A stretch of DNA of 63,931 nucleotides, the filler included, from Octopus bimaculoides (Eukaryota): NCBI RefSeq assembly GCF_001194135.2. It is 6 parts of 6 records of this genome, joined end to end, with 100 filler letters (N's around TTAATTAATTAA, not from the genome) between each part and the next. Parts side by side here need not be neighbours in the genome. Positions count along the whole stretch, not along the records: positions 35,650 to 53,863 come from NC_068988.1; 5 more parts are not named here. One strand, 5' to 3'. Shown piece by piece: positions 35,650 to 49,324 of this stretch. The notes beneath the pieces were generated by a model. The model was not told where the DNA came from. It did no database searches and saw only the letters and a program-made list of their open reading frames with translations. The position numbers and the translations under genes were made by a program. Position 1 is the first letter of the stretch, and each line of letters begins with the position of its first letter.

Positions 35650-35864
35650 GGGTGCTGAAAATTTCCTAGCTTTAGGTAAAAAAAAATTAAAGGAAGATCA
35701 GTTAATTATGATTTTATTCGACATATTCCCATCTCAGATTCACATACTTATGGCACCGGTCCTTCAGTTTTTCTAAGCCCTGTAAAAGAACTCGGAAGTT
35801 TGGGCTTCCATTCAGGCCTTTCGCGAAACCCTTAAAACCAGGGACTTTTGAGCACCTCCTCGTA
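35650..35864 (-). mobile_element. mariner-derived MITE
   Basis: TIRs GGTGCTGAAAATTTCCT / AGGGACTTTTGAGCACCTCCTCG-TA. Reverse-complement match to 51893-52100. Confidence 0.85.
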
Positions 35865-35885
35865 TATAAAAAATATATATGTATA

Positions 35886-35924
<39 letters not shown>

Positions 35925-36526
35925 TTCTATGCATAAACTCAACTAGACCATTAAGCTCGAATTTAATTCAAGTTAATAGTGTTGTACTGAATGACATACG
36001 CCTAGAATTGTAAATGAATTGTAAACAGATTGAAATTTACCTCTTAGTTGATGAAAGAAAACAAAGCTTCGCGGCAGATGTTAGTGCCCCTCAAAGAAAA
36101 GAGGAATAGTCCTAGGAATTAAGATGTCTTTTATGCAAAATTGAAGTCTGCTTTGATCAATGGTCATAAATATTAACAAGTGTTTTCTTTAAGTCAAGAG
36201 TGGGTGAATAGCATTAATTTAGATTATTCAAATAAGTGGTTATATATTGGGTGACACGCGCGCGCGCATATGCATATACGCAATCCACGTACATACATAC
36301 ATATATATTCATAGATACATACAAGCATTCTCACACGCACGCGCACAGATATACATATTTAATGATAATTCGACTCAGCTCCATATTATTTAAAGCTGCA
36401 TGGGCAAAGATACCTCCGTATCATCAAATGCTGGAAGTCACATTATTTGTGTCTGTGTTTGTGCATGTGGTTGTGCGGATATGTTTGTATGTTTGTATCT
36501 ATCTGTCAAAGCACACACACATACGT

Positions 36527-36639
<113 letters not shown>

Positions 36640-36652
36640 AACACTCACACAG

Positions 36653-36684
<32 letters not shown>

Positions 36685-38720
36685 ACATACAGAGGCATAC
36701 ACATAAGAAAAGAACTCAGTCTTTTCCTTAAATATAATTAGGCAACGAATCATGAAGTAGTGTGTGCAATAAGTAGGGTGGAGGCTGTAGTCGACAGAGA
36801 CTCCCTCGCATATTATTGTTTTATCAATCTCAGGTAGATGTAAAAATGCAAAAGACTTCTTGCAAATTTTATCGTAAAAGGTTCGGAATGAACATTGCAA
36901 CCCATATAGTCAGGATCTTTACAGTTTGTGTGTTTCTGCATCCTTATATAAACGTATACAATTTCAATGTTTTGGTAGCTATTACAGAAAGACAAATGGG
37001 CCTTAATCTTGTCGATCGATCTGCTTGACGAAGCAGTTAAATTTCACTCGTCTCAGATCACAATCTTACTCTCTACAACAAACCATGTGGACGTAAAACA
37101 AAAAAACACGTTGAACTTACTACTACACACCCTTAAGAGGACATGTTTACGGCATGAATACTTTTTACTATAGGTTTGGCTGATAAGGGCTGACCAAGGG
37201 ACAAATATCCTGGTAAACTTAACCAACCACCACCTGGTTCGTGGGTGCCTTTAGTAAAGTTTGTTGTGAGTATTCGGCCAGATCTCTGATTTGAGAATAA
37301 TTTCATTCATTTCACAGACCTTAAAACTTATGTGCCATTTATGCTAATCTTCGCTAACTAAATAGTTAATAAGAGAAATAGCTTTAAAAAATAAATATAT
37401 AGGCTATGAGAGAAGTCTTTACGTGGTCTGTCGACCTTCAAAAATTGCGACCTTCGGAAATATTCTTCAAATTACACATTGCTGTCGTTTTGATTAAAAA
37501 GAGAGAAGCTCTGCATCATATGTTTTAGTTGTATTATGTGTAAATAAAGATGAAGTGGTCATAGTTATATTAAACCTATCAAGTTCTCTTTCACTGGCAA
37601 TGATCAAGAGGTTCAACAACTTCAAGTGCACGCACATTATAATTCAGAGGGATTTATCGTCGTATTGTAAGACACATTTCATTCATATGGTAAACAAATA
37701 GAGAGTGATCTGTTCAAAAAACATATATACAGAAATAGTGCCGCCTTAGTCATGTGCACACTGAGCCGCAATCGCGGCGATCCTCGAGCTGGGAGGTCCT
37801 ATGCTAATCTATGCGCAATGTGATTTGCTATCAGCAAATTAATAGAATAGGTTTCAGTGCATTGCTTTATTTGGAGGACTATAATGATGTTAAGGCAGAT
37901 CTGTGAACATGCAAAATGCAGCGCACGTACAATCATACAAGCACAAATACACAAACTCACTTCTGAGGCACGCATGAACAAAAATACCTATTTTATTTTT
38001 GTGCGTATATTTTTGTATGGATATTTCCTAACGTGCGTACTATACGGATGTTTATATATTATGAGCATATTTTTTATGTATTTAATAAGCAATTAATTCT
38101 ACCGACAATTATCAAATATAGATACAAACAGATTAACAATATATATACATACATACGTAATACATACATGTGTATGCGCGCGCGCGTGTCAGAAATGGTC
38201 TTTCTTGAACCATGGCCTTATAAGGGCAGTTTCCCGTATTCTGTGGTCTACATGTGTATGTGTTATTCTCACATGGAAAATCATTCTTCAACTCAAGAAG
38301 CCCTCATAATCGCTATCTTCAGATCCATTATCACTACACTCCTTATTTATCATCTCCATCGCTATCACCGACGTCATCATCTACGGTCCAATGAAGAAGC
38401 TTTTCTTGTTCCCGTCGCCCTGCTAGAAATAGCTCCCTACCAGGTTAGAAAATGACAAGTTGATTAATATGATATGTTCCCGGATTCCTTGTACATGGAG
38501 AAAAATCGAGTTGGTTTCGATTGGAATACCATTGGTCATACGAAGCCCGATCAGGTCCGAGCTTGACATCAATAGCAGTGCAATAGCATTCAGCATACAA
38601 ATAAGGCGGTGAAGGAACCTCTTTATGCTAGCTCGACTTGCCAGAAAAGCCAGCTAAATCCTAATCAAATGAAGCCCTATGTCATAAAGCAAGATGTCTA
38701 CATTATAAGTTTTAGTTTCC

Positions 38721-38782
<62 letters not shown>

Positions 38783-38807
38783 TATGTATATATGTATATA
38801 TATATAT

Positions 38808-38990
38808 CGCCATGATTGACCGCTAGCTACTAAAGCTTTCTTTTTTTATTCTCTATTTATTTTCTCGTGTTCCTTTCCGTTGAAGAACGTAGGCTCGAAA
38901 CGTAAAAGACTTTCTCACCTTCCCGAGCGTTAAACTAATACATCTGTTTGTCGTTTACACACCTGTCTTCGCCTTTTGTTTTTTGTGGCT
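38808..38990 (+). mobile_element. Penelope-like LTR remnant
   Basis: TTGAAGA-acgtaggctc-GAAACGT motif and the downstream T-rich segment resemble PLE pseudo-LTRs (recall). Confidence 0.45.
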
Positions 38991-39441
38991 CCGCTGAGCG
39001 AGAAAGCAGGAGAGAGGGGTCTGAAAAGTTCAACGATGATATACGCTTGAGAAACTATTCGTAGTATGGAGCTGAGTTAACCTATTAAATATTTTTAACT
39101 CCCAAAAGTTGAGTGCTTACATACCTGTATCTGTTAGTGTGCGTGCATGTGTGCGCGTGCTCAAAAGTGTATACTTGTAAAAATAGTGAATGTGTCACCA
39201 ACAACTTGTCAGAATATTCATCTCATACAGCAATTAAAATGATCGGCACCATTACCACCACCTTCAGTGACACTACCTTATCAACTCCTCCAGTACCCTC
39301 TCCTATCCATCATCATCACGATTAGTTTATATAACACACAACTTCTCCACCACTACCACCGCCGCCGCCACCACCTGCTGTACCACTACACTTCGTTATC
39401 ACCACATTTAATGCTGCTACCGACGCAATCACCACATCCTG

Positions 39442-39581
39442 TCTACTATAGGCACAAGGCTAGCAAGTTCAGGTGAGAGTGTAGGTCGATTATATCGACC
39501 CCAGTACTCAGTGCTCAAGTACTTATTTCATCGACCGCGAACGAATGAAAGGCACAGTCAACCTCAGCGGAATTTCAACCC
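39442..39581 (-). mobile_element. SINE-A 3' two-thirds, degenerate
   Basis: ctactataggcacaaggc...gtcgattatatcgaccccagt...gcggaatt. Confidence 0.75.
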
Positions 39582-40122
39582 ACGACACACTCATCAAATT
39601 GTTACTACGTCTACTGCACCGTCGTCACTACCATCGTTGCAGCCTCCAGTATCACTATGAACTCGGGTAGCTGCACTCTTTCTCATTACAACCACTGTTT
39701 AGCGTCACTACCACAATCACCGCCGCCATCGCCACCACCATCACTATCTCTGCTGCCGTCCCCATCACTGTAAAACCTGCTAGTACTCCTACCGCCCTAC
39801 CACTACGTTTAGAACCACCACAGGTCATCTTCACCATCACCAAATGCCATACTATTTTCTGCCAATGCCTCTTCTACTTTCAGCACCACTACAACGTTCC
39901 CCCCACGACATCCATCCACTACGGCTACCAACTCTGTCATTTCTTTTAAAGCACCCCACTCCCACTACCATCAGCAGCATTTCCTCCAAATCTTTTCTCA
40001 TCCTCATCTTCGAGCCAGTACCATTCCCCACTTCGCCATTAAAAATAGCCACCAAATTCACCATAATCATACATCCACTATTACTACCACTTGTTCTTAT
40101 TAAACTTCTACTACTACCACCT

Positions 40123-40494
40123 GTGGAGGCGCAATGGCCCAGTGGTTAGGGCAGCGGATTCGCGGTCATAGGATCGCGGTTTCGATTCGGGCGTTGTAAG
40201 TGTTTATTGAGCGAAATCACCTAAAGCTACACGAGGCTCCGGCAGGGGATGGTGGCGAACCCTGCTGTACTCTTTCACCACAACTTTCTCTCGCTCTTAC
40301 TTCCTGTTTCTGTTGTGCCTGTTAGTCAAAGGGTCAGCTTTGTCAAACTGTGCCGCGCTGAATATCCCCGAGAACTACGTTAAGGGCACACGTATCTGTG
40401 GAGTGCTCAGCCACTTGCACGTTAATTTCACGAGCAGGCTGTTCCGTTGATCGGATCAACTGGAACCCTCGACGTCGTAAGCGACAGAGTGCCA
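40123..40494 (+). mobile_element. SINE-C, full length, 10-bp TSD
   Basis: ACTACCACCT at 40113-40122 and 40495-40504. A box TGGCCCAGTGG, B box GGTTTCGATTC. Confidence 0.93.
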
Positions 40495-40571
40495 ACTACC
40501 ACCTTCATGTCTTATCATATCGACTCAAGAAACTATTCCCTCTTATAAACATCACACTACCTCAGCCGAAA

Positions 40572-40730
40572 CGGTGCATGGCCAAGTGGTTATCGTATTC
40601 GGTTCTTGCTCATAACGTCGTAGGCTCAATCCCTTGACCTTTCAACGCTGAGTCCTTCTGCAAGTCACTTCATTTCGCATTGATGATGCTCCGGTTTACT
40701 CAGCTGTAATTAGTACCAGTTGTATACTGG
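40572..40730 (+). mobile_element. SINE-D-like, old copy
   Basis: gcatggccaagtggtt...tccttctgcaagtcacttcatttcgc...actcagctgtaa. Confidence 0.55.
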
Positions 40731-41261
40731 TGTAGCACTTTTCCTGCCAGCTGTCATGTCGTGAATGATCCATTAGTTGCTAGGGGTGCGAAAACAGCAA
40801 ATGTGTCGCTATTTCTTTGTAATCATGACGACAGTAATAGAAACATGATACATGTTACCAAGGCGTACTCGATCACATGAAACACATGGCTGTTCTATCT
40901 CAACCACTATCATCTTCGTCATGATCATCAGTAGCAGGAGCAGCACTCCTTCTTGCTTTACTGCTACAGCTGCTCGAGCCAACCAAAGACCTTTTATGAC
41001 GTCAAAGATCTTTTTTATTCAAATTTCCCTCAAATCGCATTTTACCTTCTTAAAAAAGGAAGGACACGTTAAACAATGTAGTCCTTGATATACAAAGAGA
41101 CAGGGATGGCCACACAGGCTCATAAGTCTGCTTTATCAGGGCTGATTGACGGCTGAACAATAACTAGGAAATCCTAAGCGATGAGGTACTGCCAGAAAAA
41201 GCAGTGATTACATAATTCAACGGGTCATTTTCTAAGACGATGCAGGTTGTATTTGACGGGT

Positions 41262-42325
41262 GGATCATTGTGGTTTTCGTCACTGTTTACAATTTTGTGG
41301 CAACTGTTTTCAAATTTGCTCTATGGATTAAGTTTTGTATACTAATTAAGAAAATGATATTCATTTTTTCTTATAAATCCATAATTAGAAAGCTATTAGC
41401 CCTTAAAGTTAGCAAATTCGGGTATTTTAGCCGATCAGAAGCGCGTATTTTACACATCATGGTGGCGAAGAACTCTGTTTCCATTGTAACCAAAGATGCT
41501 GCGCATATGCACAAGGAGTGTAACTACCAAACTCAGTGTAATAAACAAACTGAGAATACCTGGGTAACTTTAAATCGTGGAAACAAACGCCAGTATGGGA
41601 CACACCGTTTCATGGGTGACTCTTATCTTTGTGAATTTATGCGAAGATATGAGAAAGATAATTTATTTTATAAAATCCTAGAGTGTATTGCAAACTTTCT
41701 TTCTTGAATTTCTGAAACTAATAGATACCTGTTTTAAGCAATGTTTTGACTGTTATTTCTAGCAACTCCTATTGGTTTGCTCGTAGTTCTTAAATATTTA
41801 ATTTGCTCGCGAATGTTTTTCACTGTTTTCACTGTTTACTTTGCTCGTGTATATTTTAATGTTTTCACTGTTATTTCTAGCAACTCCTGTTGGTTTGTTC
41901 CGAGCTTTTAAATATTTAATTTGCTTACGAATGTTTTAATGTTAAAGTTGCTTGTGTATATTTTAATGTCTTGACTGTTATTTCCAGCAACTCCTGCTGG
42001 TTTGTTAATAGCTTTTAAATATTTAAATATTTAATTTGCTCGCGAATGTTTCCATGTTTTTCAGTTTATTGTAGCTAGTTTAATGTTTTGACATGCCGAT
42101 GCTCCCCCGCTCCCGATGATGGAAGAAGTAGCGTACGCGCTGTTTTCTGATTGGCTGAAAACTCTGACAATTATCAAACTTTGAACACCTGTAACAGTTT
42201 TGCAAAATTTTTCTGAAATAAATGAATAATAAATTCGGATTCATCGTCAAAAATTACATCTATATGACACATTAAAAGAATTTTTTAAAGATAATTGTAA
42301 ACAGTGACGAAAACCACAAAGATCC
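41262..42325 (+). mobile_element. Merlin (IS1595-family) DNA transposon, internally deleted derivative
   Basis: 33-bp TIRs starting GG with 1 mismatch (41262-41294 / 42293-42325). Transposase C-terminal remnant ENTWVTLNRGNKRQYGTHRFMGDSYLCEFMRR...YKILECIA at ~41515-41707. TSD not clearly preserved. Confidence 0.8.
41740..42092. repeat. ~115-bp tandem repeat x3 inside the Merlin derivative
   Basis: Unit starts aatgtYttSactgttatttcYagcaactcct at 41740, 41858 and 41965, with a partial copy at 42082. Confidence 0.9.
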
Positions 42326-42611
42326 GATTGGGTTGCTACCTCTTCCAGGTCAAGCGACCACAGAAAGTCTCTTTCATTTGTGAACATTTCAGTAAAAATG
42401 GTAGAGTATCGTAACACTTATTTGCTCCTGCAATATCGTAAGATCAATGAGGTTCATGAGGAGTTTGAACAACTGATGCGGGTCATTTGTTGGGAAAAAG
42501 TGGAACCGGAAAGGGAATCCTAAAGGTTTGCAGTAAAGGGAGAGAATGCTAATGAACTCCGTGGAGTGTTGAATCGGTAGTTTAACTGTTGCAGAAGAAA
42601 AGGCACAGCCT

Positions 42612-42767
42612 GACAGGCTTCATCCCAGTGCCTGTCTATACAATTTCACTCAAGTCACCTGCTGTAAACTCGAGGCTATACCAGAAAATATTTATTCAAG
42701 GCACAGTGCAGTAGGATGTATCGAGCATGAAGTTAATACGATACGAACACCTTGACAACATAGCCAT
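42612..42767 (-). mobile_element. SINE-B 5' half, very degenerate
   Basis: caatttcactcaag...ctcgaggctataccagaaaata...caaggcac...acaacatagcca. Confidence 0.5.
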
Positions 42768-42988
42768 GTTGTGTTGTTATTTCTGCGCTGATAAAAGTTA
42801 CATACTTAAACGGAAGAACATTGAATGAATGCAACGTTGAAGCTTTTGTCAAGACATTTAATAGAACAATCGAAAGGTCACAGAATTGCGAGACAGTGAA
42901 ATCACTTCTTGATTAAATTTGATATCGTTTGCTAAGACTTAAAATGTTATGACGTGCATACGTTTTCCAACTCATTAGTAAAACAAAA

Positions 42989-43370
42989 GTGGAGGCGCAA
43001 TGGCCCAGTGGTTAGGGTGGTGGACTCGCGGTCATAGGATCGCGGTTTCGATTCCCAGACCGGGTGTTGTGAGTGTTTATTGAGCGAAAACACTTAAAGC
43101 TCGACGAGGCTCCGGCAGGCGATGTTGGCGAACCCTGTTGTACTCTTTCACCACAACTTTCTCTCACTCTTACTTCCTGTTTTTGTTGTGCCTGTAATTC
43201 AAAAGGCCAGCCTTGTCACTTTGTGTCACGCTGAATCTCCCCGAGAACTACGTTAAGGGTACACGTGTCTGTGGAGTGCTCAGCCACTTGTACGTTAATG
43301 TCACGAGCAGGCTGTTCCGTTGATCGGATCAACTGGAACCCTCGTCGTGGTAACCGACGAAGTGCCAACC
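42989..43370 (+). mobile_element. SINE-C, full length, 11-bp TSD
   Basis: AGTAAAACAAA at 42977-42987 and 43371-43381. Confidence 0.94.
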
Positions 43371-43943
43371 AGTAAAACAAATGACAGTTAACTAGGAGCA
43401 ATCGAGAATTGAAACCATTTTGCTGAAACGAGAGCTCACTTGAGGTAGTGTTTTGCTGAATAAGTTTTAAATGAATTGTCATTGAGCTCGTTTGTTGTTT
43501 TGTTTCAAATTTTATTTAATATAACCGTTTATCTTCGGGTATTACAGTGCATCAACACGGTCACTGCCCCCTGCACAGGACCGATTAATACAGAATAAAT
43601 GGTTTGATCGGATTTGAACAAAAAAACCTTATTTGGATTGCTTGGTATCAAACTGTGCAATTATGTCACACACGGTTATAGATATTTTAGCAGTATGGTA
43701 CAATGATCTTAGCTGATATGTATGTATGTATGTATTATGTATGTATGTATGTATGTATGTATGTGTGTATGTGTGTATGTATGTATATGTATGAACAGAT
43801 AGATAGATAGATAGATAGATAGATAAGTACACATATATGAAATGAATTTATACGTGTGTTTACGTATGACTATATGTGCACGCTTGTGTGTGTTGCATAA
43901 AGGTATATATATATATACATATACATATATATANNNNNNNNNN

Positions 43944-43982
<39 letters not shown>

Positions 43983-44523
43983 TACATACAAATACCCACT
44001 GTTAGAAAAACTCGAAGTGCACACGCCTATACACATAGTAAACCATTTGCTGCACGAAATCTCTTTTTATGTGAGTTAAAAATGAAAACAAAAAGCAATA
44101 ATAAACAAAAAACAATTAGTTTCTTTTCTCAGCGAACACGGAAACACAAAGAACCCATCCTGCCATCATGACGTTGCCGGCCTCACTTAACATCAGTGTA
44201 CGACTAATTAGTCGTAAGAATAAATGTTAGCATCCATACATATCAAGCTTTTGCTTTCAGCCTAGATCTGTCATTAGAATAAATAATATATTAAATTGAT
44301 TAGAGGATATAACTTACCCTTTTTATTATCAGTAAAGATAAGTTTAAGAATTTGTTTCTTTTACATACACAACACGAACCATACTGTCCTCTCTTCCTTT
44401 CCTCTGTTTCCTGTTCTTTCTTTCTTTCTTTCTTTCCCCTCGTTCTTTATCTCTTTTGTTATTAATCTGAGTATCTACACTCTCTACCTACCTACTTATT
44501 TACTTACTTACCAACACACCTGT

Positions 44524-44558
<35 letters not shown>

Positions 44559-44659
44559 CAAATAGTAAATGAGTATATGCATATATACGTACAGGTATGT
44601 GCGTACCGACATCCACCTGTATGTATAGGTGCATATCTGGGTACAGGACATTGCAAACA

Positions 44660-44880
44660 AAACGTAGACGAGAAAACACACAAGCCACATAGAGAACATT
44701 CTACTTCATCAGCTACCCCCGTTTTAACACCGGCGTTTCGAAGAGCTGGGCAGGACGCATCGTTAAAACGGCTCTTCCCATGGACCGCAAATTAAATTTG
44801 TATACGCAAATTAAATCTTGCCATGGAGGAATGTAGTGGCGGACAAAAAACAAGACAGGAAAACAAACAGAAAAGGCTTT
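44660..44880 (-). mobile_element. Penelope-like LTR remnant
   Basis: Minus strand cagctcttcGAAACgccggtgttaaaacgggggtagCTGATGAAg carries both hammerhead core words. Confidence 0.4.
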
Positions 44881-45019
44881 ACGGCCAGACGAGATACATA
44901 TATATATACATACATGCATACATACATACCTATTACTTTTATCTTTAGAGTTATCATGAAACTGTGCATAAAAATATATTTACACATGTTGTGCTCGCCC
45001 AAACATACACACAAGCACA

Positions 45020-45062
<43 letters not shown>

Positions 45063-46189
45063 AGACACACACTATATAAACCCCTGTGTTTGTTTCTAGC
45101 CATCGTAGTGAAAGCCATTCCGGAACACTAACTTGATACATATGTAAATATATTTGTACATACTACGTTCTTATAAATAATCGTTAGCTATATCATTCCT
45201 TCCTCAAAATTCGATTTGATAAATGCCTTTCGTTGTTATTATATGGTTGTTATTTCTAGCAGAAAGAGCAATGCTACAGTGATTTCTTTATTCGTCCACT
45301 CAGCCAATCATTTACAGTAGTCGATTCTATCTATTGTCTTCTACTATTGCAAAATTTCAGACATTGCAAGAAAGTTAAATCATCATTACAACTACTCGTC
45401 CTCCTCTTCCACCTCCTCTACCTCCTCCTCTCTTCTTCCCACTCCTCCTCTCTTCTTCCCACTCCTCCTTCTCATTTTCATCATGCTGTATGAGATTTAC
45501 TTGATTTAAATTCTATGAAGACTGATAATATCTAGATATTGTAGGCAAAATTGTAATAAAGTTAATTCTTGCCTAAATTTATACTTATGTAAAAGAAAGA
45601 ACTAGCTTTCGAATAGCCTATGAGCAAGTTCGATACGCCTTACGAATGTTTCAGTGCTATTTACACAAAATGACATAATTAGATAATTAGCATCGGCTTA
45701 AATTTTTGTAGAGTCTTCTGTGATTCATATTTTAGATGAATAGTCGAGGTGGACCTGGAAAATGATATGCTGTACGATAAAAGAGAAGAATGCATAGGGA
45801 ATTCTAGAAAAAAAAACACAACACAAAAGAAAGAAAGAAAGACAGAAAGAAAGGAAGAGAGCATGTTAGATTAATTTAGTTTGCTTAGTTAAGCATTTCC
45901 AAAATCTTAGATGTATTTGTAAAATTGTATTTAGATGAATACCGGAATTATTGATATTAACCTTTTTCTCGGTTGTGAATAACTTGTACGTTATAGATTC
46001 ATTAGTGTTATCTGTTTTTTAAAATTTTCTCAGGATTTTTCCACTTAATGAGAAACTCGTTACTTTTCTGAATAATAGGTGTAATGTTTTATTCCTCGTA
46101 CCTCAGGGTCTGCGAGATGGCATGCGTGGAAGCAGATTTATTTAAATTCATTTTTCACAGAATATTATATTGTGTCTGGAGAGAGTCAT

Positions 46190-46406
46190 ATTCTTTTCTA
46201 CTCTCGGCACAAGGCCCGAAATTTTTAGGGAGGGGGCTAGTCGATTAGATCTACCCCAGGACGGAACTGGTACTTGATTTATCGACTCCGAAAGGATTAA
46301 AAACCAAGGTGGCCTCGGCGGAATTTGAACTTAGAACATAAAGACAGATGAAATACCGCTAAGCATTTCGCCCGGCGTGCTAACATTTCTGCCAGCTCGC
46401 CGCCTT
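46190..46406 (-). mobile_element. SINE-A, full length
   Basis: Head-to-tail alignment with other copies. A second head-only fragment lies at 46592-46646. Confidence 0.9.
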
Positions 46407-48117
46407 ACTCACACGCATATATTAAAGCAAAAATGAGCTACGAGAAATAACTCTGGAGTGACTAGTAGCGTATATTTGAGCAAAAAAATAATTACATTAA
46501 ATATCATAAAAGGTAAAGTTTTGATTTATTGAAAGTTATCTTCGGTCTCAGAGAAAATAGAGCAATCGTCTGGTGGCACATGAGACCGAATACAGATGAA
46601 ATGGAGACATTTCGCCCGGCGTGCTAAGGTTTCTGCCAGCTCGCCGAGAATCATATTGTCTTAATGCCTTATTATCTAACAAACTCGCCAGTTCGATTTC
46701 CACTCATTTATTATTTATATCTTTTCTTCCAAAATTTTCGTTGCTTTTGCAACCTTGTCAATGGATGTTAGATTGTAAACTTAACTGGCACATGCCTTTA
46801 CTAGTCCTTCCCGATATCGATACTGGTGTGAAAATGTATGGCTCTGTATAATCCTCTTTACTCTTCACCCAAAATAAGTGAATTTGTGCCGATACAAAAA
46901 AAAAAACGGAAAAAATTATTTAAATCAATAGATTTATGGATCGGCATATCCCGTAATCTATGTAAATTGTAACTTTATATTGTGTTGAGGAGAGGTCAAT
47001 TTTGCATATTATGTTGCCATGTGTTATTTTTTTATTGTTATTTAACTTCACTATGGTGGATAGTGTTTAGAGCTTTTGTAGTACCAGCCCATACTCTGGA
47101 GGTCGATTTATGTTTAGAAAGGTAGATACATGCGGGATAAACTTGGGTAGGAAGGAATTTCTCAAAGGTTGCATTTCTAGGGAAGAAACACTTGCATGTG
47201 GTGTTCGATTTGAGATCTTTTGTAAACAAAATTAATGCACGGGGTGAGATTTTTATTCCAATTATCGCCGTCATCGTTTACACGTCTTGATGTACAGGAA
47301 TTAACAAAAGCATTATAGATTTCACTATCGCAATTTTTTCAACGTTTTCCTCTTATAATTTCGAGGCGTGTGAATATTGATCTGAGAGAATCTTAACTGT
47401 TATGTTTAGCTGGATGAGTAACCACGTAGAGTTCTCTCGTTGGTTCGTGTATTAAAAGTCGGTGCATTACGGAACTTGCTAACATGATAAGAGTCACCAT
47501 AGAGAAAGCAACATATCTAAAGGTTTGCTGTTGATGGAGATTTAGTAAGTAATTCTTAGGCAATTACCTAGAGGCAGTTATTAGGGAGACTGGAAATGAA
47601 AATATTATACAAAGGCAGGGACTAAATATACACAAGAGAAGGGAATCCGCTACATAAGGCTAACACAAGCAACATCTAAACATTGACCTCTCGGGACAGC
47701 GCGATAATAATTTTATTCAGGAAACAGATCGAAATTTGAGAGAAAGAGAAAGTGGGATAAGACAATTCAAGAAAGAAAGCAGTGAAAGTAAAAGTGGAAA
47801 TACTTCAAGTATACTTAATGAATTGCTACTTTCATTTGTCACGACGAAATTGTATTTCACGGGTATTTACTTACATGGATATTAAAGTTTTATATTCAAG
47901 TTTCTTTGTTTGTAGGTAACGTCATACTCACCTCGCCTAAAAAGCAATTCAATCTACTTATTGTGAGAAGGGAACGTTGATACTGATCCCTTCTCCTAGC
48001 TCAGATTCACATATATCAATGTATGTACGGATGTTTGCGAATGTATATGAGAGTGTATGCATGTGTATGTATGTATGTATACAAGCATGTGTGCATACGT
48101 ATGTGTAAATATATACA

Positions 48118-48215
<98 letters not shown>

Positions 48216-48860
48216 CATGTATGGATGTATTACATAAGTATTTATGTATGTAAGTCTGCATACGTACATATGTATGTGTGTATGTATTTATGTATGTATG
48301 TATGTATGTATGTATGTATATATGTATGTATGTATGCATGTTTGTAAGTATGTATGTGTGTATGTGTGTATGTATGTATGTATGTATGCATGTATGTATG
48401 TAGCACAGACCCTCAGAAATTCCGGGTTGCTATCTGGTGTGCTAGAAATCAACCGGGAGCAAGAACTCCCCCCCCCCAGTGTTTGATAAAGTATGACCCT
48501 TGGAGGTTACTCTCATGCAAAATTGGATACGCAAAAAATGATATTGGACACTTTGGAGATCTTTTAGTTGCGCTTGAGATCATGGCGCTCCTACAATCCA
48601 GACCCTGTTAACCATATTGACACTGGTTACCTTGCCCTCGCTTGTCTCTTAAACATGACAATACGGTGGAGAGGGTCTATGAGGTACTGTACAAGCCTTA
48701 TTGGACCTAAAGGTCTAAAGGTGTAGGTTGCACGATTGCAAATGAAGCGATTTTCGAATGCCCGGTCGAGTAGGAAGTCACCACGGTGAGCACAGTGTCC
48801 GCGGGTACGAACGCAGGTGAGACCGAGAGTGGGTGAAATAATTAGAAGTTGGTGACATGT

Positions 48861-49260
48861 TGCATAGGAGTGGCTGTGTGGTAAGTAGCTTGCTTACCAA
48901 CCACATGGTCCCGGGTTCAGTCCTACTGCGTGGCATCTTGGGCAAGTGTCTTCTACTATAGCCTCGGGCCGACCAAAGCCTTGTGAGTGGATTTGGTAGA
49001 CGGAAACTGAAAGAAGCCTGTCGTATATATGTATATATATATGTGTGTGTGTGTATGTGTTTGTATGTCTGTGTTTGTCCCCCAACATCGCTTGACAACC
49101 GATGTTGGTGTGTTTATGTCCCCGTAACTTAGCGGTTAGGCAAAAGAGACCGATAGAATAAGTACTAGGTTTCCAAAGAATAAGTCCTGGGGTCGATTTG
49201 CTCGACTAAAGGCGGTGCTCCAGCATGGCCACAATCAAAAGACTGAAACAAGTAAAAGAG

Positions 49261-49263
<3 letters not shown>
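48861..49263 (+). mobile_element. SINE-B, full length
   Basis: Reverse complement of 30298-30730. Internal (TA/TG)n at ~49024-49065. Confidence 0.94.

Positions 49264-49323
<60 letters not shown>

Positions 49324-49324
<1 letters not shown>

Noticed and set aside
40123-40195. tRNA-like sequences with A and B boxes (all SINE heads)
   Set aside because: No complete cloverleaf, and each continues into a multicopy SINE body. Not tRNA genes.
41254-42333. 8-bp TSD for the Merlin derivative (TGACGGGT / GATTGGGT)
   Set aside because: Only 4 of 8 positions match, so it is not claimed.
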